From assembly GCA_048939995.1 (NCBI GenBank), contig JBHLOY010000002.1, positions 96,001-160,000 of the forward strand: a stretch of 64,000 nucleotides of DNA, in the 5' to 3' direction. The notes below the pieces were generated by a model that had not been told where the DNA came from, ran no database searches, and was given only the letters and a program-made list of their open reading frames with translations. This document shows positions 20,178 through 30,805 of this stretch, piece after piece; within the stretch, counting starts at the first letter, position 1; each line of letters begins with the position of its first letter. This DNA comes from Promethearchaeota archaeon (GTDB lineage: Archaea; Asgardarchaeota; Lokiarchaeia; Sigyniarchaeales; SOKP01). The position numbers and the translations under genes are program-made.

Positions 20178-21767
20178 ATAAGCAATTTCAATTGGGAATT
20201 TCCTTTTTCTTCTAAAAGGATGCCTATTTTAGCAGAAAATTTGGTGGTTACCTCTCAACCTTTAGCATGTCAGGCTGGATTAGAAATGCTTAAAAACGGA
20301 GGAAATGCGGTCGATGCTGCTATAGCAGCGGCTATTACGTTAACTGTTGTGGAACCTGTAAATAATGGTATAGGTAGTGATGCATTTGCGATACTATGGA
20401 ATGGTAAGGAATTGATTGGGCTGAATGCATCGGGAAGATCACCTTCAAATTGGACTTCTGAACTGTTCTCACGCTATAAAGCTATGCCACAATTAGGATG
20501 GCCCTCTGTAACTATTCCTGGCGCAGTTTCGGCTTGGGTTTCCCTTTCAAATAAATTTGGAAAATTGCCTTTCAAAAACTTGTTTAAGCCAGCTATTAAA
20601 TATGCTGAAAATGGGTTTTTAATATCACCTATAATTGCTGAGGTTTGGAAGCTGGAATCTCAAATGTATAAAAAAAGAAAATTCCCCGTTTTTTGGAGTA
20701 CTTTTATGCCCAATGATCGGGCACCACAGGCAGGTGAGCTCTTTAAATTACCATATCATGCTAAAACACTTAAAATTATAGCAGAAACTAAAGGAGAGGC
20801 TTTCTATAATGGTGTTTTGGCAAAAAAAATGGTAAAATATGCTAAAGAAACTGGAGGCTTTTTTGAACTTGAAGATTTTGAAAATCACCAACCAATATGG
20901 GAAAAACCTATCTCTATTGAATATAAAGGCATAAAATTACATGAAATGCCTCCTAACAGTCAAGGAATAACCGCTCTTATAATGTTGGGTATTCTTAAGC
21001 AATCCAAATTAGAATCCTATAAAAATGATGCAATTGGGTCTATACATCTACAAATCGAGGCTATGAAATTAGCATTTTCTGATGCTAACAGCTATTTGTC
21101 TGATATAAGTACCATGGAATTTCACCCAAAGTATTTATTAAAAGAATCCTATTTAAGTAAACGATCTGATCTCATCAATCGAACGTATGCCCAAAAATTT
21201 GAGCATGGATTCCCTCATAACGAGGATACTGTATATCTTACTACAGCAGATTCTAACGGAATGATGGTATCTTATATTCAATCCAATTTTTGGGGATTTG
21301 GATCGGGGATCGTGATACCTAGTACTGGAATAAGCCTTCAAAATAGAGGTTGTGGTTTCTCTCTGGTTAAAGGTCACCCAAATCAAGTAGGTCCTAATAA
21401 AAGGCCTTTTCATACAATAATCCCTGGTTTTGTAACCAAGAAAGGTAAACCTTTAATGAGTTTTGGTGTAATGGGAGGACAATTTCAACCTCAAGGTCAT
21501 GCACAAATGATTGTTAGGATTTATGACTATAGACAAAATCCACAAGCGGCTCTTGATGCACCACGATGGAGGGTAATGCAAGGTCTTAATGTAAAAGTTG
21601 AGAAAGATTTTAACGAAGACTTAATTAATGGTCTAACTCAATTAGGACATATCGTATCCAAATCACACTACTTTGATTTTGGTGGAGGGCAAATAATCTT
21701 TAAATTAGATAATGGATATTTAGGAGCCTCAGATAAAAGGAAAGATGGCCAAGTAGTCGGATTTTAA
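20178..21767 (+). CDS. ggt: Gamma-glutamyltransferase family Ntn hydrolase
   Basis: TSQPLA, GGNAVDAA, nucleophile EDTVY, RPFHTIIP, GASDKRKDG. A conserved-looking N-terminus FNWEFPFSSKRMP lies upstream of ATG 20220, implying ATA 20178 as start. Confidence 0.9.
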   Translation: MSNFNWEFPFSSKRMPILAENLVVTSQPLACQAGLEMLKNGGNAVDAAIAAAITLTVVEPVNNGIGSDAFAILWNGKELIGLNASGRSPSNWTSELFSRYKAMPQLGWPSVTIPGAVSAWVSLSNKFGKLPFKNLFKPAIKYAENGFLISPIIAEVWKLESQMYKKRKFPVFWSTFMPNDRAPQAGELFKLPYHAKTLKIIAETKGEAFYNGVLAKKMVKYAKETGGFFELEDFENHQPIWEKPISIEYKGIKLHEMPPNSQGITALIMLGILKQSKLESYKNDAIGSIHLQIEAMKLAFSDANSYLSDISTMEFHPKYLLKESYLSKRSDLINRTYAQKFEHGFPHNEDTVYLTTADSNGMMVSYIQSNFWGFGSGIVIPSTGISLQNRGCGFSLVKGHPNQVGPNKRPFHTIIPGFVTKKGKPLMSFGVMGGQFQPQGHAQMIVRIYDYRQNPQAALDAPRWRVMQGLNVKVEKDFNEDLINGLTQLGHIVSKSHYFDFGGGQIIFKLDNGYLGASDKRKDGQVVGF

Positions 21768-21776
21768 ATGTATGTT

Positions 21777-22322
21777 TTAAGATGCTATCTTGACTCCTAA
21801 ATTGTATGCTTCTTCTAATTTCTCTTTAAGGTTTTCTATAGGGATATCTTTTTGGGTATTTGTATCATATGTCTGACATATAACAAAGTCTAATTCCAAA
21901 TCAAAAAAAGGTGCTATTCGCTTAAAGAATACTGCAGTTGATTCATAATGATGCCGATAAGTGATAATTACAACAAAATGCTTATGATAAAAATGCTCCC
22001 AAGCAAGAGCTTCCATCCTATCAATTGCTATTTTTAATTGAGCTGTCATGTAGCCCCAATACATAGGTGTTGCAAACACAATAATATCTGCATTAATATA
22101 GGCGTCGTAAATTTCCTGCATATCATCTTGAATAGCACACCTGTGATTTATTGATGTCTCACAACTTAAACATCCCTGACAAGGACTAATATTTAATGTA
22201 TTTAAATAGAAATGGTTGATTTGATGTTTCTTATTTTTATTCATTCCTCTTATAAAATATCTTACTAATGTATCTGAATTTTTATTTTTCCTTGGACTAC
22301 CATGAAGAATTATTATTTTCAT
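21777..22322 (-). CDS. Flavodoxin-like iron-sulfur flavoprotein
   Basis: GSPRKNKNS, CQGCLSC..C, DDMQ, TPMYWG. Confidence 0.88.
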   Translation of the reverse strand: MKIIILHGSPRKNKNSDTLVRYFIRGMNKNKKHQINHFYLNTLNISPCQGCLSCETSINHRCAIQDDMQEIYDAYINADIIVFATPMYWGYMTAQLKIAIDRMEALAWEHFYHKHFVVIITYRHHYESTAVFFKRIAPFFDLELDFVICQTYDTNTQKDIPIENLKEKLEEAYNLGVKIAS

Positions 22323-22403
22323 TAACTCTCCAAATATTATTAAATTTTTAATAATGAGAAGAAAAAAAAGAAAATTTATTAAGTTTAAGTAGATTGAAAC
22401 TAG

Positions 22404-24365
22404 TTATATTTCTACAAATAGGTGAAGAGCTGCACTAACACCAAGAGCGTTAGAAATTACAGCAGAAAAGAATAATTGAATAATTATAAATGAACTTAAG
22501 ATTACAGAACCAAAAGATTTCGTATATTGAAAGATAATTGTATTTTGAATGACAACTAGTAGTAGAATTAAATATGTGAACATTACCGAAGGAAAGAAAG
22601 CCCAAGACCATGTCAGAGAAATTAAATTTATTTGTACATAAATCGCTAAAATGATTATTATTTTAGATTTTGTCCATTCATTTTTAATAAAGCCTAAATG
22701 AGGATAAATTACCTTTCTATATAGGATTTCCATTGAGAAATAAACTGGAAATGCTGTAATCGATCCTAGTATGAAATTAATATAGTTTGAAGGCCACATA
22801 AAAGCAAATGGATAAAAGAAGGAAAAGATCAGGTAAATAACTATAAAGTATAATGAACAAACTGTAGAATATATGAAATACTTGTAATGAATCTTAAACT
22901 TAAAAAGACCCTTCAAATCACTTTTAATGTCATCTCTCCTTCTTTTTCTAAGATAAATCCTCCATCCAAGTATAGCAATAGTAATAGTTATCGCAGTTAA
23001 AGAAATAAGAATAACACTTATTGGAATTATATAACTATACAATGGATTAGTTGGTGAAAATAAGAATATAAAGTAAACGATAACAAAATAAATTGAATAT
23101 ATTAATAAAAAGATCAGTATCCTTAAACTTATCTGAGTTTCAAAAAGTTCTTTCAAATTGATTTTCCCTATATCTGCCCTATATTTTCTTAAATAAATTA
23201 TAGATTCAACAATTCCATATATTAACAGAATATTCAATGAAGCAAGAAAAATTCCCGGTAAACCAAATATCCTTTCAAATAACTCCCAATTTAAAATAAA
23301 TATAGCGATAAAGAAAATGAGTTTTATTATGGTTATGATGATTTTATGCTTAGGATACTTTTCTTCAATTTCAGGTTTAAGTATGTTATCAACTTCATTA
23401 TGACTCTTAACTTTTTGCTTTTCAGCGAAAAATCTTGAAGAATAGGAAATTAATAATAGAATTAGTAAAAATAGAAGGCCTAACGTAATAAAGATTACAA
23501 CGTAATTAATATAATAAGTAATAAAGATCGGTCCGTTGATGCTAATAGATCCAAAAAAGTTTAATTCAAACCATTGAATTGAATCAATAATTACAACATC
23601 ATCAAGCAATTGATGACCTCCACCTATTAAGGGCCAAGTGATACTTCTTACAGAACAACCAGTTAAATTTTGAGCTACTAATGCCTGATTTTCAAAACTT
23701 AACATTTCATCATATATATGCATGATTATTAGAAGATTATGGGTATTTGTTGTGTTTAAAAGATTTACTGGGATAAATTCTACGAATTCAGTTATTTGAA
23801 AGATTCCAAGTTGTTGAGGGTCAAAATTTACTAACGGTGCCCAAGCGACAGTTAAATTGAAACGAGAATCTAGTGCTTGATTCATAAGAACAACCATCCC
23901 TCCTAATGAGTGGCCTATTAATCCAATCTGAGATGCATTTACATCAGAATAAAAAGGGAGTGTTTCTAATTTATCTAGTAAAATGGAACAATCCTGAGCT
24001 AATGCAGGAATTCCACTTGGGTCTACGTCAGTTATACTACCCCCACTCTCACCATGCCCATGATAATCTAAAGCAGCAACATAAAAACCTCGTTTTGTTA
24101 ATTCTATTGGGATTCTTAAATCAAAATCTCTTTGACTCCCAATTCCATGACAGTAAATAACTAAAGGCTTATTCGATTGAAACTCTAAACTCCTTGAAGG
24201 ATAATATAAATTAGCATATAATGTGGCTCCACTTGATTGAAATTCTATCCTATCGTATTTATAATAACTTAGCTCTCTATTAAAGTGCAAATATATTAAT
24301 GATCCTATTAATAATCCAACAAGAATTAAAATCCGTTTGAAAAATTTAATATCATTCTTATTCAT
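22404..24365 (-). CDS. Membrane-bound alpha/beta hydrolase
   Basis: HGIG, GHGES, GHSLGG nucleophile motif; multi-TM C-terminal half. Confidence 0.85.
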   Translation of the reverse strand: MNKNDIKFFKRILILVGLLIGSLIYLHFNRELSYYKYDRIEFQSSGATLYANLYYPSRSLEFQSNKPLVIYCHGIGSQRDFDLRIPIELTKRGFYVAALDYHGHGESGGSITDVDPSGIPALAQDCSILLDKLETLPFYSDVNASQIGLIGHSLGGMVVLMNQALDSRFNLTVAWAPLVNFDPQQLGIFQITEFVEFIPVNLLNTTNTHNLLIIMHIYDEMLSFENQALVAQNLTGCSVRSITWPLIGGGHQLLDDVVIIDSIQWFELNFFGSISINGPIFITYYINYVVIFITLGLLFLLILLLISYSSRFFAEKQKVKSHNEVDNILKPEIEEKYPKHKIIITIIKLIFFIAIFILNWELFERIFGLPGIFLASLNILLIYGIVESIIYLRKYRADIGKINLKELFETQISLRILIFLLIYSIYFVIVYFIFLFSPTNPLYSYIIPISVILISLTAITITIAILGWRIYLRKRRRDDIKSDLKGLFKFKIHYKYFIYSTVCSLYFIVIYLIFSFFYPFAFMWPSNYINFILGSITAFPVYFSMEILYRKVIYPHLGFIKNEWTKSKIIIILAIYVQINLISLTWSWAFFPSVMFTYLILLLVVIQNTIIFQYTKSFGSVILSSFIIIQLFFSAVISNALGVSAALHLFVEI

Positions 24366-24488
24366 CGTTAATTTATCTTAGACGTTCAAAATATTTAATC
24401 TTTTAAATTTTTAAAAGTCTCATTTCCCTAAAAAATTAATAATATAAAAATTTTTTATGATCAAACCTCAAAAAGTAAAAAATATAGT

Positions 24489-25037
24489 ATGTCTGAAGAC
24501 CAAAAACGCCAGTTAGTATTTAAAATTGTGATATTAGGAGATAATGCGGTTGGAAAAACCTCTCTAATAAATCAATACGTTCAACATATTTTTGAGATTG
24601 ATTATAAACCTTCTATAGGTGTGAACATTGTTATCAAGGAGTTAGATCTGGATGATCTTAACGTTAAAATCCGATTAATACTCTGGGATATAGCAGGACA
24701 ATCAAAATATGATTTATCGCGTAATTTATTCTTCCAAGGGTCTCAAGGCGCTTTTTTAGTTTATGATATGACTCGACCTATAACTTTTGAAAACATCAAA
24801 GAAAAATGGTTAAATGATCTCCAAAGATTTGCTAAAAAAGATGTTCTATTCCATTTGATTGCAAATAAAAATGATTTAACGGATTTGAAGAAAATTTCAA
24901 CAGATGAAGGTGAAAGATTAGCTGAAATGTTAGCTGCTAACTATTTCTTTGAAACAAGTGCCAAATCTGGAGAAAATGTTGAAGAAGCATTTGAAAAATT
25001 GGTTTATATGATGTTAAAGGAAAGAAATATTATTTAA
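24489..25037 (+). CDS. Rab-like small GTPase (eukaryotic signature protein)
   Basis: GDNAVGKT, WDIAGQ, NKND, ETSAK. Confidence 0.93.
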   Translation: MSEDQKRQLVFKIVILGDNAVGKTSLINQYVQHIFEIDYKPSIGVNIVIKELDLDDLNVKIRLILWDIAGQSKYDLSRNLFFQGSQGAFLVYDMTRPITFENIKEKWLNDLQRFAKKDVLFHLIANKNDLTDLKKISTDEGERLAEMLAANYFFETSAKSGENVEEAFEKLVYMMLKERNII

Positions 25038-25072
25038 AAGACAAGAAAAAAAAAGTTTTGTTTAAATTTTTT

Positions 25073-27520
25073 TTAGAAAGTTAATGTCATTAAACTTTCA
25101 GCTACATCCATAATGTTATTATAGCGGAATAGCATAGGTTTGTATGTCCAAGTCTCATATAGAGGTAATTGATCGTAGGCGTGATTAAATTGTCCCATAT
25201 AATTCACAAAGCCACTTTGACCAGGAGGAATCACATCTACACCATGAGGTGGGGCTTGTTTAGTTAAATCTTTCCATTTCCACTTTGGCATCTCCACTAT
25301 ATGATTATAAGTGCCTCGATTCATTGAATGCATTCTTAAAGCTGGTTGACCAAATAGAGGGTTACTTAGAAAACCTTGAGGGCCAAATGTCGTAAGACGA
25401 ACTGGAGTAAGCCATGTTGAAATAACTGGACCATATTGTATTTCTAATTCAGCAAGAGCTTCTTTTAATACTCTGACTATTAAAACATCTCGATCCTCCC
25501 CATTAAGATAGTCATAATTTAAAGGCAATTTTGAATTTTCCCCATCAAAAACGTGAAGTAATGTACTTGGATCTACACCAACTCCAGGAGGAAGGTCATC
25601 ATCAAATACCTCATTATCAACTTTTGAAAACCACTTATCGAAGATTGTGAGCCCTGGATCATCATATGTAGCACTAGGATCAGGATATACTGGATCTATT
25701 ACATCATTATAATGCCAATTCCATGATTCAAGAACTTCAATAACTTCAAGGGGAATAGATGAATCTTTTTGAGCAGCATTTATTAAAAAGTCTAGGAAAT
25801 GCATTCCTCCAAAATGTGCATAACCAGTGTCCCGGTTGATATTATTCATATCTTCAAAAGTTAATTTACCTCCAGTTGCAATCTGTTCTTGGATCCATTG
25901 AACTCCGTGAACTTCCCCCCAATCAGCTTCCTTATAAGGCCAATTGGCCATCGGTTTATTATTCCAGTTTGCTAGGTAACCTTGTGCGGGATTAATTGAT
26001 TTCGGGATCTCATCAAATCCAGTGACACCTAACCATTCTTCTTCTCCGGTGCCCCATAATGGAAATCTATCATCAATTACTCTTCCATTTCTTCCTGTAG
26101 TTGGTCTTTTTGGAAAAGCCCCACAATGCCAATATCCAATATTCCCGCGTCTATCTATCCAAAGAAAGTTATGACCCGCTGTTACGACTCTCGTTGCATC
26201 GTCAAAATCAGAGATACTTCTTGATTGTTGAAATAATAACCAACCTTCTTCAGCAGCTAACTCATTCATATAGTAATCTGCTTTCATAGAATAACATCGA
26301 TTATTATCAATATCCCATGCTCTAATGGGACCATGAACCGTACGATAAATATCTCTATCTTCATACCCCATTTTCTTGTACCCGTAAATTCTTTCTGTCC
26401 TCTTTTCCATATCAACCCATTCGCCATTATACAAATATTGATAAGGATTTTCAGGATTTAGCACTTCTATATAGGTATCAATTAGATCAGAAGAACCTGT
26501 GGTTGATGTCCAAGCGCCAAAATCACTTGCACCAATTAAAATGGATGGAGCATGAGGCATCATCATCCCAACAGCATTAATCCCTGCGCCGTGCAGACCT
26601 ACCTCTAAAACTATCTGAGGAATTGAATGTCCCATTTGCGGCCCTCCAACTTGCATAGTATTTCCCGTTTTAGATTTTTTTGGACGTACAATCCACGCAT
26701 TGCTACCAAATTTGGTTGGCAATCCAAGGGATTCAGACAATTGTTCTTGCGCTGTGGTAGCTCCTATAACTTGCTCATAGATTTCGTCAATATTGGTCGG
26801 GAGGGCAGGGATGCTACTTTGGATCGGACCTTTAGGATAATGGCTTCCCTTACTTGGAATTGTAGTTGGTGCTCCAGGATCTACTTGAGGATATAGATCG
26901 TTAAAGATTGCCCATGCTGTATCTTCATCATATGTTGTATTTAAAGCTTGGAAGCGTGCAGCATAACCGAGTTCTCCTCCACCAGTTCCACCAAATCTCC
27001 AGGCCATCATTACAACAATAGCCACGCAATCTTCAATTGTAAAGGGTTCGATAGGAAGATCTAATAATAAATATTCAATTGGTATGAGGGTGGGATTCAT
27101 ACTTGCTTCAAAAATGTACTGATTAATCCCATCTACGTATGCCAGCATCATTTCTTTTAACTTTGCTTCAGGTTTAATTGGAACCCATTTATTGAAAATT
27201 TCTAATAATTCTTCCCTACTATAACCTAAACTTCTAGTTCTATAATCTGAATCGATTGATGCAAATCCAAATTCGGCTAAACTACCAAAAGCATCTCTTC
27301 GGTATAGATCTGCTTGCCACAATCGATCTTGTGCCATAGCATATCCTGCACCATAAGCTAAACCTTCTTTTGAATTTGCAAAAATATGAGGAACACCATA
27401 ATTATCTCTTATAATTAAAATTTCATTATTAGCGGCAGATACCGGAGCCATTGGGATTAACCCTAACATAAATACTAAAGATAAAAATAGTGTTAAGATT
27501 TTTTTTTTCATAATTTTCAT
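25073..27520 (-). CDS. Secreted penicillin acylase family Ntn hydrolase
   Basis: Signal peptide, RDNYGVPHI, AQDRLWQ, GSNAW, NWNNKP. Confidence 0.92.
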   Translation of the reverse strand: MKIMKKKILTLFLSLVFMLGLIPMAPVSAANNEILIIRDNYGVPHIFANSKEGLAYGAGYAMAQDRLWQADLYRRDAFGSLAEFGFASIDSDYRTRSLGYSREELLEIFNKWVPIKPEAKLKEMMLAYVDGINQYIFEASMNPTLIPIEYLLLDLPIEPFTIEDCVAIVVMMAWRFGGTGGGELGYAARFQALNTTYDEDTAWAIFNDLYPQVDPGAPTTIPSKGSHYPKGPIQSSIPALPTNIDEIYEQVIGATTAQEQLSESLGLPTKFGSNAWIVRPKKSKTGNTMQVGGPQMGHSIPQIVLEVGLHGAGINAVGMMMPHAPSILIGASDFGAWTSTTGSSDLIDTYIEVLNPENPYQYLYNGEWVDMEKRTERIYGYKKMGYEDRDIYRTVHGPIRAWDIDNNRCYSMKADYYMNELAAEEGWLLFQQSRSISDFDDATRVVTAGHNFLWIDRRGNIGYWHCGAFPKRPTTGRNGRVIDDRFPLWGTGEEEWLGVTGFDEIPKSINPAQGYLANWNNKPMANWPYKEADWGEVHGVQWIQEQIATGGKLTFEDMNNINRDTGYAHFGGMHFLDFLINAAQKDSSIPLEVIEVLESWNWHYNDVIDPVYPDPSATYDDPGLTIFDKWFSKVDNEVFDDDLPPGVGVDPSTLLHVFDGENSKLPLNYDYLNGEDRDVLIVRVLKEALAELEIQYGPVISTWLTPVRLTTFGPQGFLSNPLFGQPALRMHSMNRGTYNHIVEMPKWKWKDLTKQAPPHGVDVIPPGQSGFVNYMGQFNHAYDQLPLYETWTYKPMLFRYNNIMDVAESLMTLTF

Positions 27521-27668
27521 CTCTTTTTAAAGGATTTACTTTTTTTGTTAAATTTTTTGTAAGATCATTTTTGATTTCGATGTATATAAATCTTTTTATT
27601 AGAATAATATACTTAATAGATTCAGCAATCCCATTTCTTTTTAAATATAAAAAAGGACCTTTAAATCT

Positions 27669-27914
27669 TTATTTTTCCCAAGATTTCATTACCATATGGG
27701 TATTAGAGATTGTAATTCCATTAATCATATCAATTTTATTCGCAAATATTTCAAATAATTCTTCAGGCGTTTCTACAATAATCTCGGCTAACACATCATA
27801 ATCTCCTGTTAATGACATGATTTTGGTAATTTGAGAGATTTTTTTTAACTCCTCAATTACTGGTTTTATTACACTGGTTCCTAATTTAAATAATATAATC
27901 GCTTTTATTGCCAA
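27669..27914 (-). CDS. Stand-alone Lrp/AsnC ligand-binding (RAM) domain protein
   Basis: AIILFK..SLTGDYDVLAEI..IDMINGITISNT. Confidence 0.85.
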   Translation of the reverse strand: MAIKAIILFKLGTSVIKPVIEELKKISQITKIMSLTGDYDVLAEIIVETPEELFEIFANKIDMINGITISNTHMVMKSWEK

Positions 27915-27934
27915 ATTTAATTACTCCTCCTTTA

Positions 27935-29239
27935 CTAGTTTGACATTTTTTCTATTTGATTTGTAAACAAAATTTCTATATTTTGAATATCATTTAAAGG
28001 TTTTAACCTTAAATCTACTAATTCATAAAAATCTTTTATAGAACTTATTTTCACATTCAGAAGTAAATCATTAGTCCCAATTAAAGCATAGGTGGAAGTC
28101 ACTCCGTAATATTTAAAAACTCGCAAAGCAATTTTATTCATTGAGCCTTTTTTTATTTTTAATAGTAAAACAGCTTGAACTAAATTCTTTACTTCGTGTG
28201 AGTATCTCAGTATCACCGTGGTAATTATTAAAAATATTACAATTATTAACAATTCCATCGGAAAGTATTCATTCACAAAAATAACGGAAAAGATAATTGA
28301 TCCCATAGGATCAATTAGATTTAGTATGCTACTCCATTGACTATAAGTTAAACTTTCTGGTTTCCAATTAACATTAGCAATGAAAACCAGAAGATAGGGA
28401 GTAATTGTTGAAAAAATAATCAAGAAAATGATTTCCCATCTACTTAAAATCAGAAATAGATCTGGAAACTGCTCAAAGAATTTTACTACTTCAAGAGTTA
28501 AATCCGTTTCTACTGGTAATAAATAGATAATTAATACAAATGGAATCATAAATATTACTCCAATTAAAAAAGAAAATGCCATTTTAACAAGGAATCTCGG
28601 AATCTTGTAATATTTATTCTCATTAATTTTTGTAATCTCATCTTTCGAATATGCATCTCTATTTATACTAATGTAAAGAAATGAGATAGTGACACTAAAA
28701 ATTAGCAGGTAAATAGCACCATTTAACGAAATTGGGGCTCCTGTCGTTCCTACAAATATAAGAAGGATAATAGTGAACAATAGAATTATAATATAAAGTG
28801 TTTTAAAAATGTCGAATTTTTCAAAATTCACTCCTTTCTCATAGATAGCGATAAAAATTATACTGAGCAGGAAGCCCACCATTGTAAATGTAATTGAAGT
28901 TACCTTTAAAGTTAAAAAGAAAAATATAATATGAAGTATTATTCCAAAAAAACCGAGATATGTATAGTAAGAGATGTTCTTCTTATTGAAAAATCTTCTA
29001 TTTTTATGAAATAAATTTTTAAACAAAAATCTTAGCGAAATTGATTTGTTTTCAGTTAATTTATTATTAATGAACACTAAAAGTACTGCTAGCACTATTA
29101 ATGTAAATCCTGAGATTAAAAATCTTAGAAAGATTACCATTATTATAGAAACTTCTATAAATAATTCAGAGACTACAATTGGAATGAAACTCCACAACAG
29201 ATTTGCCAAGATTATATTAATAATTAATTTGTTTTTCAT
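27935..29239 (-). CDS. EamA/DMT-like transporter fused to a C-terminal Lrp/AsnC RAM domain
   Basis: About 10 TM helices (NLLWSF, FLRFLISG, IDPMGSIIFS..FVNE), then AVLLLKIKKG..YALIGTNDLLLNV. Confidence 0.7.
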   Translation of the reverse strand: MKNKLIINIILANLLWSFIPIVVSELFIEVSIIMVIFLRFLISGFTLIVLAVLLVFINNKLTENKSISLRFLFKNLFHKNRRFFNKKNISYYTYLGFFGIILHIIFFFLTLKVTSITFTMVGFLLSIIFIAIYEKGVNFEKFDIFKTLYIIILLFTIILLIFVGTTGAPISLNGAIYLLIFSVTISFLYISINRDAYSKDEITKINENKYYKIPRFLVKMAFSFLIGVIFMIPFVLIIYLLPVETDLTLEVVKFFEQFPDLFLILSRWEIIFLIIFSTITPYLLVFIANVNWKPESLTYSQWSSILNLIDPMGSIIFSVIFVNEYFPMELLIIVIFLIITTVILRYSHEVKNLVQAVLLLKIKKGSMNKIALRVFKYYGVTSTYALIGTNDLLLNVKISSIKDFYELVDLRLKPLNDIQNIEILFTNQIEKMSN

Positions 29240-29445
29240 CCTTTCAAACTGCTTTCTAGTACTATTCTTTGTACATAAATGAATAAAGATTATAGAATTT
29301 CTTAAAATATGAATCTTTTTGTTGAAGTATTTTACTAAATCCCATCAAGTTCCCAAATCCTCTTGATATTGAAAATCGAAAACTTTAATCTTAAATAAGA
29401 TTTATAATTTAATGAATTTCTTTAGAAAAAGAGAATTGTGATTTT

Positions 29446-30705
29446 ATGCCAAGTTCAAAAGATTATATTGAAATGGATGAAATTTATTGCGCTCACAATT
29501 ACCATCCCATTCCTGTTGTGATCTCGAAAGCAGAAGGAGTTTGGGTTTATGATCCTGAAGGAAATAAGTATTTGGATTGCTTATCAGCCTACTCTAGCCA
29601 AAATACTGGACACTGCCATCCAGAGATAATAAAAGCTTTAAAAGAACAAGCAGATAAAGTAACTCTTACGTCTCGCGCATTCCATAACGATGTAATGGGA
29701 CCATTTTTAAAGAAACTATGTGAAATCGTAGGTCCTCATATTAATGACCCAAAAAAGATTGGAATCATGGCTCTTCCAATGAATACAGGCACTGAGGCTG
29801 TGGAGACAGGGCTAAAAGTCTGTAGAGCGTGGGGTTATATAAAAAAGAAAATTCCGAAGGATCAAGCCCATATTATAGTTTGTAGAGACAACTTTCACGG
29901 TAGAACTATTAGTATTGTGGGGATAAGTACTGATATTGCTGCTGTAAAGTATTATGGTAATTTTGGACCATTTACTCCCGGTTTTTCAATAATCCCTTAT
30001 GGAGATGCAGAAGAATTGGAGAACAAAATTTTAGAAATAGGTCCAGAAAGAGTAGCAGGCTTTCTTTTTGAACCTGTACAAGGAGAAGCAGGAGTTAAGG
30101 TCCCTCCAGAAGGCTATATAAAGAAAATAAGAGAAATTTGTACCAAATATAATGTTTTAATGATTGCAGACGAAATTCAGACCGGTTTTGGAAGAACAGG
30201 AGAATTATTTGCTTGTGATCACGAAAATATAAAACCTGACATGCATCTATTAGGTAAAGCCTTAGGTGGAGGAGTTTATCCCGTGTCTGCAATTGTTACT
30301 ACAAAGGAAATCGTTGGACCTGATGTAATAAAGCCGGGGACTCATGGAAGTACGTTTGGAGGTAATCCTTTAGCTAGTGCTATAGCCATGAAGTCGTTAG
30401 ATATTCATATTGAGGATCATTTAGCTGAAAGAGCTAAACAATTGGGTGAATATTTCATAAATGGGCTTAAAAGAATTGCTGAAAAAAAGACAATTGTTCC
30501 AATAAAGGAAGTTAGAGGAAAAGGTCTTCTTTTGGCTATCGAATTTACAAGCGATGCAAGACAAATCGTTGAGATGCTAAAAGATAATGGAATCTTGGCT
30601 AAAGATACGCATTCTACTATCATTCGTTTTGCTCCACCTCTTATAATTACAAAAGAAAATATTAGTTGGGCTTTAGAAGTCATCGAAAGTATACTAGTTA
30701 AATAA
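29446..30705 (+). CDS. rocD: Ornithine--oxo-acid aminotransferase
   Basis: AHNYHPIPVV, LSAYS, NFHGRT, EPVQGEAG, DEIQTG, GKALGGG, HGSTFGGNP. Confidence 0.93.
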   Translation: MPSSKDYIEMDEIYCAHNYHPIPVVISKAEGVWVYDPEGNKYLDCLSAYSSQNTGHCHPEIIKALKEQADKVTLTSRAFHNDVMGPFLKKLCEIVGPHINDPKKIGIMALPMNTGTEAVETGLKVCRAWGYIKKKIPKDQAHIIVCRDNFHGRTISIVGISTDIAAVKYYGNFGPFTPGFSIIPYGDAEELENKILEIGPERVAGFLFEPVQGEAGVKVPPEGYIKKIREICTKYNVLMIADEIQTGFGRTGELFACDHENIKPDMHLLGKALGGGVYPVSAIVTTKEIVGPDVIKPGTHGSTFGGNPLASAIAMKSLDIHIEDHLAERAKQLGEYFINGLKRIAEKKTIVPIKEVRGKGLLLAIEFTSDARQIVEMLKDNGILAKDTHSTIIRFAPPLIITKENISWALEVIESILVK

Positions 30706-30805
30706 ATAATCTTTTCTTAATTTTAGATTGGATTCAGATACCTTTTTGTTAATCTATTATTAAATTTTTCCTATTAAGTTAATAGGCATAATTTTGGATA
30801 AAAAA

